From a virus: a stretch of 64,000 bases of DNA. Positions 28,509 through 37,352 of this stretch are shown here, one piece after another. The notes under the pieces are model-generated. The model did not search any database, was not told the DNA's origin, and saw nothing but the letters and a program-made list of their open reading frames with translations. The position numbers and the translations under genes were made by a program. Positions within the stretch are counted from its first letter, which is position 1. Each line of letters begins with the position of its first letter. The stretch lies in IMG/VR virus record IMGVR_UViG_3300027741_000020; one strand, given 5' to 3'.

Positions 28509-29735
28509 ATGAAATTTTGGGAAACAGGCGAAACAGCCACAGCAGAAGTATTTGACTACAAAGCAATGAAAGAGAAGTTTATAGCAAATTTGGACTATCT
28601 TAAAACTATGTCAGTTGAAGAGCAAACACTATATAAAAAATGGATGGAATGGAACGAAGACCTACCAACTAATATGAAGCGTTTGCCAGTATTACAATCA
28701 CATTTTGATTCATTATGGCTACCAACCGATATTATGGATAAGGAATTGACTATCGCACAAATTCAAGCGCTAGACCCTTATGTTGAAATTGTTGAAGATA
28801 ATCCAAAGGAAGCAACTCGTTGGACGGATATTAGAAAGTTAATTCATACAATGGAGTTTCAGGCTAATCCAGGTCGTAATGTAAAATGCTATGTAAAGGA
28901 TAGGACTAGTGGTAAAATACTTGGACAGATTTGTTTAGGTAGTGATATTACTTCACTTGGTGTTCGTGATGGATATATTGGTTGGGGCAAGGAAGATAAG
29001 TTTAAGAATGGTAAGTTGAATAATACAACAATCGCAACTACAATCGTATCAACACAGCCATTTGGATATAACTTTTTGGGTGGTAAGTTAATCGCAGCGC
29101 TAGCAACATCGCCGGAGGTTAGAGATTATTGGAAGAAAAAATATGATAATGTGCTAATAGGTGTTGGTACAACTTCTCTTTACGGAATCCACTCACAATA
29201 TAATGGTATTCCACACTTTAAAACATTGGGTGAAAGTAAAGGCAAAATCAGTACAAAGCCAGATGATAAGGTGTATGACCCGTGGCACCAATGGTTAAAA
29301 GAAAATCGTGCAGATTGGTATAAAACACATATCCTATTAGAACGTGAAAGAAACGGAGCAAATATGGGTTATGAAAAAAACGGACCTGTAAGTGGTATTA
29401 AACAAAAGATTATTCAGGCTATATTCAAAGAGCTTGGAATTAAAGGAAACGCTTATGACCACGGATTTCAACGTGGTGTTTACTTCGCACAAATGTATGA
29501 TAATGGCAATGAGTTCCTATGTTCAAAGATAGATGAATCTCAATTAGTTCTTAAACAAAAGTTTGCAGAAGGAAACGCTTACACTGTAAAATGGTGGAAG
29601 GATAAAGCAATCAAACGCTATGAGAAAATGCATAGTGAAGGTAAAATCAAACCAGAAGCACTATTTTATGTAGATGCAATCGGAATGACTTGGGAAGGAA
29701 TGAAATCACATTATTTAAAAGAAGTAGGAAGATAA
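28509..29735 (+). CDS. DruA / DUF4338-like protein
   Basis: IVSTQPFGYNFLGGKLIAALATS, TTSLYG..SQYNG and LGESKG match my recollection of DruA/DUF4338 motifs. Confidence 0.7.
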   Translation: MKFWETGETATAEVFDYKAMKEKFIANLDYLKTMSVEEQTLYKKWMEWNEDLPTNMKRLPVLQSHFDSLWLPTDIMDKELTIAQIQALDPYVEIVEDNPKEATRWTDIRKLIHTMEFQANPGRNVKCYVKDRTSGKILGQICLGSDITSLGVRDGYIGWGKEDKFKNGKLNNTTIATTIVSTQPFGYNFLGGKLIAALATSPEVRDYWKKKYDNVLIGVGTTSLYGIHSQYNGIPHFKTLGESKGKISTKPDDKVYDPWHQWLKENRADWYKTHILLERERNGANMGYEKNGPVSGIKQKIIQAIFKELGIKGNAYDHGFQRGVYFAQMYDNGNEFLCSKIDESQLVLKQKFAEGNAYTVKWWKDKAIKRYEKMHSEGKIKPEALFYVDAIGMTWEGMKSHYLKEVGR

Positions 29736-29736
29736 T

Positions 29737-30843
29737 ATGAAATTTTGGGAAACAGAAGTTGATATAAACGCAAGAAAAGTTTTGGTTATACCAAATATTA
29801 CAAATTCACAAAATATAGAAAAGGACTCGTTTGTAGATGTTATATATAATCATATTTTAGGACTCAAAGAGTATGGTTCTTACTATTGGCACATACTATT
29901 ACCACAGCCAGTTAAAAAGCTAAATTTAGACAACGTAAAGCAACATATAATACCATTTTCAGGCGATATGATTAAAATGAGAACATATCCACCTGATATG
30001 AATAGATTGCTTGAAACATTGGATTATGATTCAATATACTCACATCTTCCAGACTGGCCTCAAGTTGGTAGATATAAAAATTCATTTGATACAAAAATAA
30101 TTGGATATTGCCATTGGTGGGAAATGAAAACCTGTAACGCTGAAGACCGTAAGAATAAATGGCGTTGGATGCCTATTGAATTACTTGGTGTATCACAAAT
30201 GGAAACTTGCTTTCTAAATACACAAGAACAAAAAGATAGGGTTTTGGCCGAAGCTAAAATGTGGTTCAATGATGAATTTGTTTCTAATTTAGATAATATA
30301 TTGACTGTTTGGAATTTGGGAATTGAAAAATCAAAAATTATAAAAGCTCCAACTAAAAAAGAAAAGATTATAGTTTTCAACCATAGAGCAGCCGCTTATA
30401 AAGGTTATCCGAAATTTATAGAATTAATGAAGGAATATAGAGAACGTAGGCAGGATTTCAAAGTATGGGTGCCACAATTAGATGGAAAGCCTGAAGTAAG
30501 TTGGATTGATAATACAAAAGTGGCAAAGCACGATTATTATAAAAAATTACAAAGTTGTACGGTTGGAATACAAATGAGGCAAACAAATTATGGGTGGAGT
30601 GTAGCAGCTACGGATTGTATGATGAATGGAACGCCGATGATATTTCAGGAATCAGAATGTTACAAAGAGATTGACCCTAATGGTTTATTTTTTAAATTCA
30701 AAAAAGACCTTTTTGAAATGTTAGATAAATTGTTGGATGATGGGGAATACATAACCAACCAATCGGTTAGAAGTATAGATAGAGCAAACGACTTGGCCTT
30801 AAATGATAAAAAAATGTTTGAGGTATTAAGTAAAAAATTGTAA
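29737..30843 (+). CDS. GT-B glycosyltransferase, candidate DNA-modifying
   Basis: IVFNHR..YKGY and GWSVAATDCMMNGTPMI donor-binding region; sits immediately before PolB. Confidence 0.75.
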   Translation: MKFWETEVDINARKVLVIPNITNSQNIEKDSFVDVIYNHILGLKEYGSYYWHILLPQPVKKLNLDNVKQHIIPFSGDMIKMRTYPPDMNRLLETLDYDSIYSHLPDWPQVGRYKNSFDTKIIGYCHWWEMKTCNAEDRKNKWRWMPIELLGVSQMETCFLNTQEQKDRVLAEAKMWFNDEFVSNLDNILTVWNLGIEKSKIIKAPTKKEKIIVFNHRAAAYKGYPKFIELMKEYRERRQDFKVWVPQLDGKPEVSWIDNTKVAKHDYYKKLQSCTVGIQMRQTNYGWSVAATDCMMNGTPMIFQESECYKEIDPNGLFFKFKKDLFEMLDKLLDDGEYITNQSVRSIDRANDLALNDKKMFEVLSKKL

Positions 30844-30851
30844 ATAACGAT

Positions 30852-33407
30852 ATGGCATATAAAAATATATATTACGAAAGAAATAAAAACCTTATGCATA
30901 TATGGGATGATGCAACCGGGTACACTACAATACCATACCGAAAATATGCGTATAAAAAAGACCCAAATGGACAGCATCGTTCAATGTATGGCGATAAATT
31001 GACTCGTATTGGTAAGTGGGAAAAAGATGATGCAGAAGACCTGTTTGAATCGGATGTACCAGAAACAACAAGAGTATTAGTGGATATGTACGATTCCGAT
31101 TTACCGTCAACAGGACATACTGTATTAACCTTTGATATTGAGGTTGAAATGATTACAGGATTACCAAATACTAGAGAAGCTAAAAACGAAATAACAGCAA
31201 TCGCTGCACAAGATAATATCAGTAGAGTGTACGATGTGTTTGTTTTAGATAAAAGCAAAAAAATTAAAAACAATGCTAAAAACTTTGATAAGGATGGTAG
31301 GAAAGTTAATGTTCACGTTTTCGATAACGAGAAAAATCTCCTACTTGCATTTCTTGATTATTACGAAGAAATTAACCCAACTATTTTAACCGGATGGAAT
31401 ATTGACTTCTTTGATATTCCATATCTTTACAATCGTATAAAAAATGTATGTAGTGAGGGACACGCTAAACGGCTTTCACCAATCGGACAATGTTTCTATT
31501 CACCATACCGTGAGAAGTGGAGTTTTGGTGGTGTGAGCATTTTGGACTACATTAACCTATATAAAACTTACACTTATACATTGGAAAGTAGCTACACACT
31601 TAACTATATTGCTACAAAGGAATTAGGGCGTGGTAAGGTTGAATACGAAGGTAATTTGGATGACCTCTTTGAAAATGATTTGGAAAAATTCATTGAGTAT
31701 AACATTGTGGATGTGGAGCTTGTAGCAGCGATGGATGATAAGTTACAATTCATTGAGTTATGTAGAGCAGTTTGTCACGCAGGGTTTGTACCATATGAAG
31801 ATTATATATTTTCTTCAAAGTGGTTGGAAGGAGCATGCTTGGGGTATCTTAAAAAGAAAGGATTAGTAGCAACAAATAAACCAAAAGACCGTAAGGAACG
31901 AATGCAGGCTCTACGTGATAACAATGAAGAGAAATTCATTGGAGCATATGTAAAGGAGCCTATTGTGGGCAAGTATGATTGGATTTATGATTTGGATTTG
32001 ACTTCTCTATATCCATCAATCATTATGACTTTGAATATTTCACCGGAAACAAAAGTAGGTAAGATTACAAATTGGAATCCAGAAGAATGGATAAAGGGAG
32101 AAGATAGGAACTATACGGTAGCAAATGAAACCGAACAATATGAATACTCTCGTCAGGAACTTGCTGATGTAATTAAAGATAGTAATTTGGGAGTAGCAGC
32201 AAATGGAGTTCTATATAATCAGGATAAACCCGGTCTAATTGCCGATATTCTTAATGATTGGTTTGATAAACGTGTTGAGTTTAGAAAACTTGAGAAAAAA
32301 TATGGTGAAGCCGGTGACACCGAAAAATATGAATTTTATGCAAAAAGACAATTGGTTCAAAAAATTCTTCTTAATTCTATGTATGGTGTTCTTGGTCTTC
32401 CTGCCTTTCGGTTTTATGATATTGATAATGCTGAAGCCGTTACGATTACAGGTCAAACGGTTATTAAAAAAACCGCCGAAATGGCTAACATAAAGTATTG
32501 GAAAGAACTTGGAACAAAAGATGATTACAATGTGTACATTGATACGGATTCAATTTATATGATGGCCGAACCATTGGTTAAACATAGGTTTCCTGATTAT
32601 AAAACATTTGACCAAGACCGAATGGCAACCGAAGTTAATACAATCGCCGAAGAAACTCAATCATTCTTAAATAAGTTTTACGATATATTGGCCGAAAGGT
32701 TTTTCTTTATACCGAAGGATAAGCATCGTTTTGAGATTAAAAAGGAGTATATAAGTAAAGCAGGATTTTGGGTGGCAAAAAAACGATATGCACAATGGAT
32801 GATTTTGAAAAACGGAATCAAATGTGATAAGCTTGATGTGAAAGGACTCGATGTAGTTCGTAGTTCGTTTCCAAAAGCATTTCAAACATTTATGGCAGGC
32901 ATACTAAAAGATATTCTAATGGGTAAATCGCATGAAGAAATCGATGAGAGCTTAATTCAGTTCAAAAAAAATATGCCAAACTTACCTGTAAATAAAATAG
33001 CAAAAGCTGGAGCAATTAAGGAATTAAGTAAGTATGATGATGGTAGTTGGAAGGTTGGACAAGCGGTTGGTGTATTTGAGAAAGGAACGCCTGCGCACGT
33101 TAAAGCCGGTATAGCATACAATCGTTTATTAAAATTCTTTAATTGTGCATATAAGCACGAACCAATTAGAGATGGTGATAAAGTAAAATGGGTATATCTT
33201 AAAAACAATCCATTAGGACTTGAAACTATGGCATTTAAAGATTATAATGACCCAACTGAAATATTGGAGTTCGTTGAAAACTATGTGGATAGGGGCGCAA
33301 TGTTTAAAGCAGAGCTAGAAAACAAAATTGATGACTTCTATACGGCATTAAAATGGGAAAAAGCAACAAATGAAGCAAAAACAGCTAAAAAATTCTTTGC
33401 ATTTTAA
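30852..33407 (+). CDS. Family B DNA polymerase (T4 gp43-like)
   Basis: Exonuclease motifs FDIE, GWNIDFFDIPY and YNIVDV; polymerase motifs DLTSLYPS, KILLNSMYG, YIDTDS and KKRYA. Confidence 0.97.
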   Translation: MAYKNIYYERNKNLMHIWDDATGYTTIPYRKYAYKKDPNGQHRSMYGDKLTRIGKWEKDDAEDLFESDVPETTRVLVDMYDSDLPSTGHTVLTFDIEVEMITGLPNTREAKNEITAIAAQDNISRVYDVFVLDKSKKIKNNAKNFDKDGRKVNVHVFDNEKNLLLAFLDYYEEINPTILTGWNIDFFDIPYLYNRIKNVCSEGHAKRLSPIGQCFYSPYREKWSFGGVSILDYINLYKTYTYTLESSYTLNYIATKELGRGKVEYEGNLDDLFENDLEKFIEYNIVDVELVAAMDDKLQFIELCRAVCHAGFVPYEDYIFSSKWLEGACLGYLKKKGLVATNKPKDRKERMQALRDNNEEKFIGAYVKEPIVGKYDWIYDLDLTSLYPSIIMTLNISPETKVGKITNWNPEEWIKGEDRNYTVANETEQYEYSRQELADVIKDSNLGVAANGVLYNQDKPGLIADILNDWFDKRVEFRKLEKKYGEAGDTEKYEFYAKRQLVQKILLNSMYGVLGLPAFRFYDIDNAEAVTITGQTVIKKTAEMANIKYWKELGTKDDYNVYIDTDSIYMMAEPLVKHRFPDYKTFDQDRMATEVNTIAEETQSFLNKFYDILAERFFFIPKDKHRFEIKKEYISKAGFWVAKKRYAQWMILKNGIKCDKLDVKGLDVVRSSFPKAFQTFMAGILKDILMGKSHEEIDESLIQFKKNMPNLPVNKIAKAGAIKELSKYDDGSWKVGQAVGVFEKGTPAHVKAGIAYNRLLKFFNCAYKHEPIRDGDKVKWVYLKNNPLGLETMAFKDYNDPTEILEFVENYVDRGAMFKAELENKIDDFYTALKWEKATNEAKTAKKFFAF

Positions 33408-33426
33408 AATATTTTTCGTATATTTA
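33396..33426 (+). promoter_or_regulatory. Bacteroidota-type sigma promoter (TTTG ... TATATTTA)
   Basis: Elements start at 33396 and 33419 (23 nt apart); upstream of the clamp gene. Confidence 0.55.
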
Positions 33427-33455
33427 CATTAACAATAAAATTTAAAACAACAAAT

Positions 33456-34169
33456 ATGAACAAACAAAATCTATTAAGATTTATTCAAAAGTATTCATTG
33501 GGAGGACTCATTGAATCGGTAGCGTGGAACGCTGAAGGTAACAAATTATCAGTAAGATTTATTTCTGATGATAAAACTCTATTAGGTGAAGTTGAGTTTA
33601 ATGCATTCACATCTAATACAATGAATGTTGGTATCTATACTACATCATTATTGAAAAATATGATTGGTATTTTGGATAGTGATATTACATTGAAAGTTGA
33701 TAAGGCTGGTGAGAAATCGGTATCTTTGAAATTATCATCAGATGAAACTGAAACATCATATCAATTGGCAGACTTAGGAGTTATTCCTCCAGTTCCGGAT
33801 TTAAAAGCAATGCCTGAATTTGGTATTAGTATTGAAATGGCTTCTACAATGATTGATAAATTCATTAAAGCAAAAGGAGCATTGAGTGATATTGATACAT
33901 TTACTGTATTTACCGAAGGTGGTGATTTGAAAATGGCAATCGGTTATTCTTCAATATCAACAAATAGAGTAACATTTAGTTGCCAGAAAGGATTTGAAGG
34001 CGATGTAAAACCAATTAGTTTTTCGGCAAAGTATTTAAAAGAAATCCTAACAGCAAACAAAGAAGCAACATCGGCAAAATTAAAAGTATCAACCGATGGT
34101 TTATCGCACGTTGAGTTTCAAATTGATGACTTCGTTTGTAAATATTATCTGGTTGAAATATCTAACTAA
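33456..34169 (+). CDS. Sliding clamp (T4 gp45 / PCNA-like)
   Basis: 237 aa after PolB; C-terminal FSAKYLKEIL...LKVS..GL..VEF...KYYLV pattern. Confidence 0.8.
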   Translation: MNKQNLLRFIQKYSLGGLIESVAWNAEGNKLSVRFISDDKTLLGEVEFNAFTSNTMNVGIYTTSLLKNMIGILDSDITLKVDKAGEKSVSLKLSSDETETSYQLADLGVIPPVPDLKAMPEFGISIEMASTMIDKFIKAKGALSDIDTFTVFTEGGDLKMAIGYSSISTNRVTFSCQKGFEGDVKPISFSAKYLKEILTANKEATSAKLKVSTDGLSHVEFQIDDFVCKYYLVEISN

Positions 34170-34182
34170 TAAAATATAAAAA

Positions 34183-34485
34183 ATGGCAGAACAATTAAGT
34201 TTATTTAACGAAGAGCAATTAAATAATTTGGAATATATTAAAGACGCGGAATGGTGTTTTCAATTTTTTGATAATGAACCTGTTGTTATTGGGTTTTCAC
34301 CAGATGAATCTTCCAGTGGTAATTTGGTTTTAGAATTAAAACCAACAACGCAAGAAATATTGACCTTTAAGCAAAATGGAATGCAATTTAGAATTTTTCC
34401 TAGAGAAATTAGTGAAGAAAGTAAACTATTAAGAAAACAACAAAAAGAAGAAAATGCAAGTGAAAATAAAGAAGCTGCACAATAA
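34183..34485 (+). CDS. Hypothetical protein with N-terminal QLSLF motif
   Basis: 100 aa, begins MAEQLSLF; directly downstream of the clamp gene. Confidence 0.55.
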   Translation: MAEQLSLFNEEQLNNLEYIKDAEWCFQFFDNEPVVIGFSPDESSSGNLVLELKPTTQEILTFKQNGMQFRIFPREISEESKLLRKQQKEENASENKEAAQ

Positions 34486-34879
34486 TGCAGTAATACCAAA
34501 ATACGCAAAGTCCGGAGATGCCGGACTTGATTTAGTAGCAACCGAAGTATTGGATGGATATGGGTTTAATGTAACATATGGTACAGGTTTAGCAGTAGAA
34601 ATTCCAGAGGGATATGTTGGGTTGATATTTCCTCGTTCATCGATTCGTAAATATGACATATCATTAACAAATTGCGTTGGTGTAATTGATAGTGGGTATC
34701 GTGGTGAAATTCAGGCTACATTTCGTAAAGAAGCAGGTGCACCATCTGTTCGATATGAAGTAGGTGATAAGATTGCACAGCTAATTATCATGCCATACCC
34801 ATATATAAATTTTATAGAAGTTGATGAATTATCGCAAACTGAAAGAGGAACAGGTGGATTTGGAAGTACGGGTTCCTAA
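34454..34879 (+). CDS. dut: Trimeric dUTPase
   Basis: AGLDL, PRSS, GVIDSGYRGEI, KIAQL and RGTGGFGSTG. Confidence 0.96.
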   Translation: MQVKIKKLHNNAVIPKYAKSGDAGLDLVATEVLDGYGFNVTYGTGLAVEIPEGYVGLIFPRSSIRKYDISLTNCVGVIDSGYRGEIQATFRKEAGAPSVRYEVGDKIAQLIIMPYPYINFIEVDELSQTERGTGGFGSTGS

Positions 34880-34918
34880 ATATTTTAATACCAAATGGTT
34901 GAAAAATACCGACCACAT

Positions 34919-34926
34919 ATATTTAT
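34919..34926 (+). promoter_or_regulatory. ATATTTAT putative late-promoter motif
   Basis: 14 nt upstream of the GIY-YIG ATG. Confidence 0.5.
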
Positions 34927-34940
34927 TATAAAATACTATT

Positions 34941-35573
34941 ATGATAATATACAAGGTAACTAATAAAGTAAATGGTAAAATTTATATAGGCAAAACAAAG
35001 CAACCATTATCAAAAAGAAAAGCAGCGCATTATGAAAGAGTAAAGTATAATTCTGTAACTAACTTTCATAATGCTCTACGATTCTATCCAAAAGATAATT
35101 TTATATGGGAAATTGAAATAAAATGCAAGGATGATATTGAATTAAATCAGTATGAAATGTATTTTATTAAAAAATATAACACATATAAAGACGGGTATAA
35201 TATGACAGAAGGAGGCGATGGTGGGTTTACATATAAGGTTGGTGATGAAATTTACAATAGAGTAAAAGATAAATTAGGCAAGTGGAAAAATGGAAATCCA
35301 GGAGCAACAAAAAACGCTATTGAAAAAAGATTAAAAACTTTTGAAACTGTAAAATGGAAAGCAGGGGAGTTGCATGGAAATTATGGCCATTCTCATAACA
35401 AAGGAATTTTAATTGGTATTAAAAACCCAATGGCTAAACCTATATTAATTGATGGGATTGAATATGAAACAATTTCAAAAGCAAGTATAACATTATCAAT
35501 ACCGGAATCAACTATCCGATATAGATGTAAATCAAAAAGATATAACAATTATAAATATAAAAACGAAATATGA
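34941..35573 (+). mobile_element. Free-standing GIY-YIG homing endonuclease (Seg-like)
   Basis: IIYKVTNKVNGKIYIGKT..RKAAH, E..FI and YNMTEGGDGG, with a C-terminal HTH-like ETISKAS..IPESTIRYRC; both flanking genes are intact. Confidence 0.88.
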
Positions 35574-36517
35574 GTTTTTTCGCAAATGAAAATAACAAAA
35601 AAGAGCATAGTTTATGGGTGGAACGCTACCGTCCTATGACTCTTTCCGAATATGTAGGAAATGAGATTGTAAAGGAAACGATACAACAATATTTGGACAC
35701 AAATGATATTCCACATCTTTTATTTTATGGTAAAGCCGGTACAGGCAAAACCACATTAGCAAAGTTGATAGTGAATACAATCAAATGTGACCATATGATA
35801 ATCAACGCATCCGATGAAAACAATGTAGATACGGTAAGAACGAAAGTAAAAAACTTCGCATCTTCGGTTGGTTTCGCAGGTTTCAAAGTGATTATCCTTG
35901 ATGAGTTTGATTATATGACTCCAAACGCACAGGCAATCCTTCGTAACTTAATGGAAACATTCAGTAAGCATTGCCGTTTCATTCTGACTTGTAACTACAT
36001 TGAGAAGATTATTGACCCTATACAAAGTCGTTGTCAATCATTCGCTATAACTCCACCAACTAAAAAGGATGTAGCAGTTCAGGTTACAAAGATACTTGAA
36101 GCTGAGAAGATTAAGTTTGACATTAAGAATGTAGCAGATATTATTAATTCATATTACCCAGATATTCGTAGGATATTAAACACTTGCCAACTACAATCGG
36201 CAAAGGGTGAGTTGAAAGTAGACCATAAAATAATGGTTGAATCGGACTTCAAATCAAAGTTAGTAGAACTCTTGAAATCCGGCGATGATAAGAGAAATCT
36301 ATTTCTTAAAATCAGACAATCAGTAGCAGATAATCGGCTTAATGATTATTCAGAAATGTATACAATGTTATATGAGAAGGTCGATGAATATGCGGCTGGT
36401 AATGTGGCAAACACAATACTTACTATTGCAGATGGTATTTCAAAAGATGCATTGGTAGTAGATAAAGAAATCGTATTTTGTTCAACTATAATCCAGATTT
36501 TGAATATCATAAAATAA
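35570..36517 (+). CDS. Clamp loader AAA+ subunit (gp44 / RFC-like)
   Basis: WVERYRP, GKAGTGKTT, INASD, IILDEFD and SRC motifs. Confidence 0.95.
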   Translation: MSFFANENNKKEHSLWVERYRPMTLSEYVGNEIVKETIQQYLDTNDIPHLLFYGKAGTGKTTLAKLIVNTIKCDHMIINASDENNVDTVRTKVKNFASSVGFAGFKVIILDEFDYMTPNAQAILRNLMETFSKHCRFILTCNYIEKIIDPIQSRCQSFAITPPTKKDVAVQVTKILEAEKIKFDIKNVADIINSYYPDIRRILNTCQLQSAKGELKVDHKIMVESDFKSKLVELLKSGDDKRNLFLKIRQSVADNRLNDYSEMYTMLYEKVDEYAAGNVANTILTIADGISKDALVVDKEIVFCSTIIQILNIIK

Positions 36518-36605
36518 AAATCTTAAAAGATTTTAAAGGACAACTTTGGTTGTTTGATAGATATTGGACTTTAACAATTAAACTTAAACAATAAAATAAA
36601 ACAAA

Positions 36606-36851
36606 ATGGACGGACAACAAATGGGCGGAGCGCCCTTAAACTTTTCCCTAAATGATGCGAGGGATATGAACTGTGAATGTGGTAATGGTATTTATATGGA
36701 TGGATATAGATTTAAAAAAATATCAAGACTGATAACAGGAGAAGCTAAAGATTCAGTATTACCAATTCAGTTGTACTTGTGTACACAATGTGGAAAGCCT
36801 TTACAAGAACTTTTACCTGAAGAATTAAAAGATAAACCAACTATACAATAA
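36606..36851 (+). CDS. Zinc-ribbon hypothetical protein
   Basis: CECG ... CTQCG. Confidence 0.65.
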   Translation: MDGQQMGGAPLNFSLNDARDMNCECGNGIYMDGYRFKKISRLITGEAKDSVLPIQLYLCTQCGKPLQELLPEELKDKPTIQ

Positions 36852-36852
36852 T

Positions 36853-37305
36853 ATGGCAGCCAAAAAGTTATTTGACCACTTAAACGCTATTACATCGGAG
36901 CAAAACCCCGACTATTTTAAAACATTGACCGAAGAGGATGTTAAAAGTTGGAGTAACTTTATGATTAATCGTTTTCTTTCAATGAAGCCGGAGTGGGTAG
37001 AATTGATTGCCACATTACTACCACTATCACAAACTCTTGAACCCGAAGAAATGTATAAGTTATACATAAATGTTCTTCCGAAAGGTAAGCAGTATTTAAA
37101 ATATACAAAGGGAAAAGCAGAAGATAAATATGAAAAATTTTTATTAGATTTAATAGTAAAACATTATCAATGCTCCGAAAGACAGGCAACCGATTATATA
37201 GAAGTATTGTATGCTACCAGAGAAGGTAGAGAAAATATAAAATATATATGTGAATTGTATGGCACTGATAAGAAAGAAATAGGTAAATTAAAATTGAAAA
37301 TATAG
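36853..37305 (+). CDS. Clamp loader A subunit (T4 gp62-like)
   Basis: FMINRFLSM, LPKGKQYLKY and HYQCSERQA..Y parallel gp62; near the gp44-like gene. Confidence 0.75.
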   Translation: MAAKKLFDHLNAITSEQNPDYFKTLTEEDVKSWSNFMINRFLSMKPEWVELIATLLPLSQTLEPEEMYKLYINVLPKGKQYLKYTKGKAEDKYEKFLLDLIVKHYQCSERQATDYIEVLYATREGRENIKYICELYGTDKKEIGKLKLKI

Positions 37306-37336
37306 TTGGTAAATCCAACTATTTTTCGTATATTTA
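37305..37336 (+). promoter_or_regulatory. Bacteroidota-type sigma promoter (GTTG ... TATATTTA)
   Basis: Elements start at 37305 and 37329. Confidence 0.6.
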
Positions 37337-37352
37337 CTTAAATAAAGAAGTT

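Noticed and set aside
28509-29735. Complete Druantia defence system
   Set aside because: No DruE helicase or other Dru genes nearby.
34897-34914. Small hairpin GGTTG-AAAAATAC-CGACC before the endonuclease gene
   Set aside because: Only 5 bp with a wobble pair; too weak to support.
34879-35573. Group I intron or intein carrying the GIY-YIG ORF
   Set aside because: dut and the clamp-loader gene are each complete, and the flanks are too short for a ribozyme core. No intein motifs were seen in PolB, NrdJ, DnaB or RecA.
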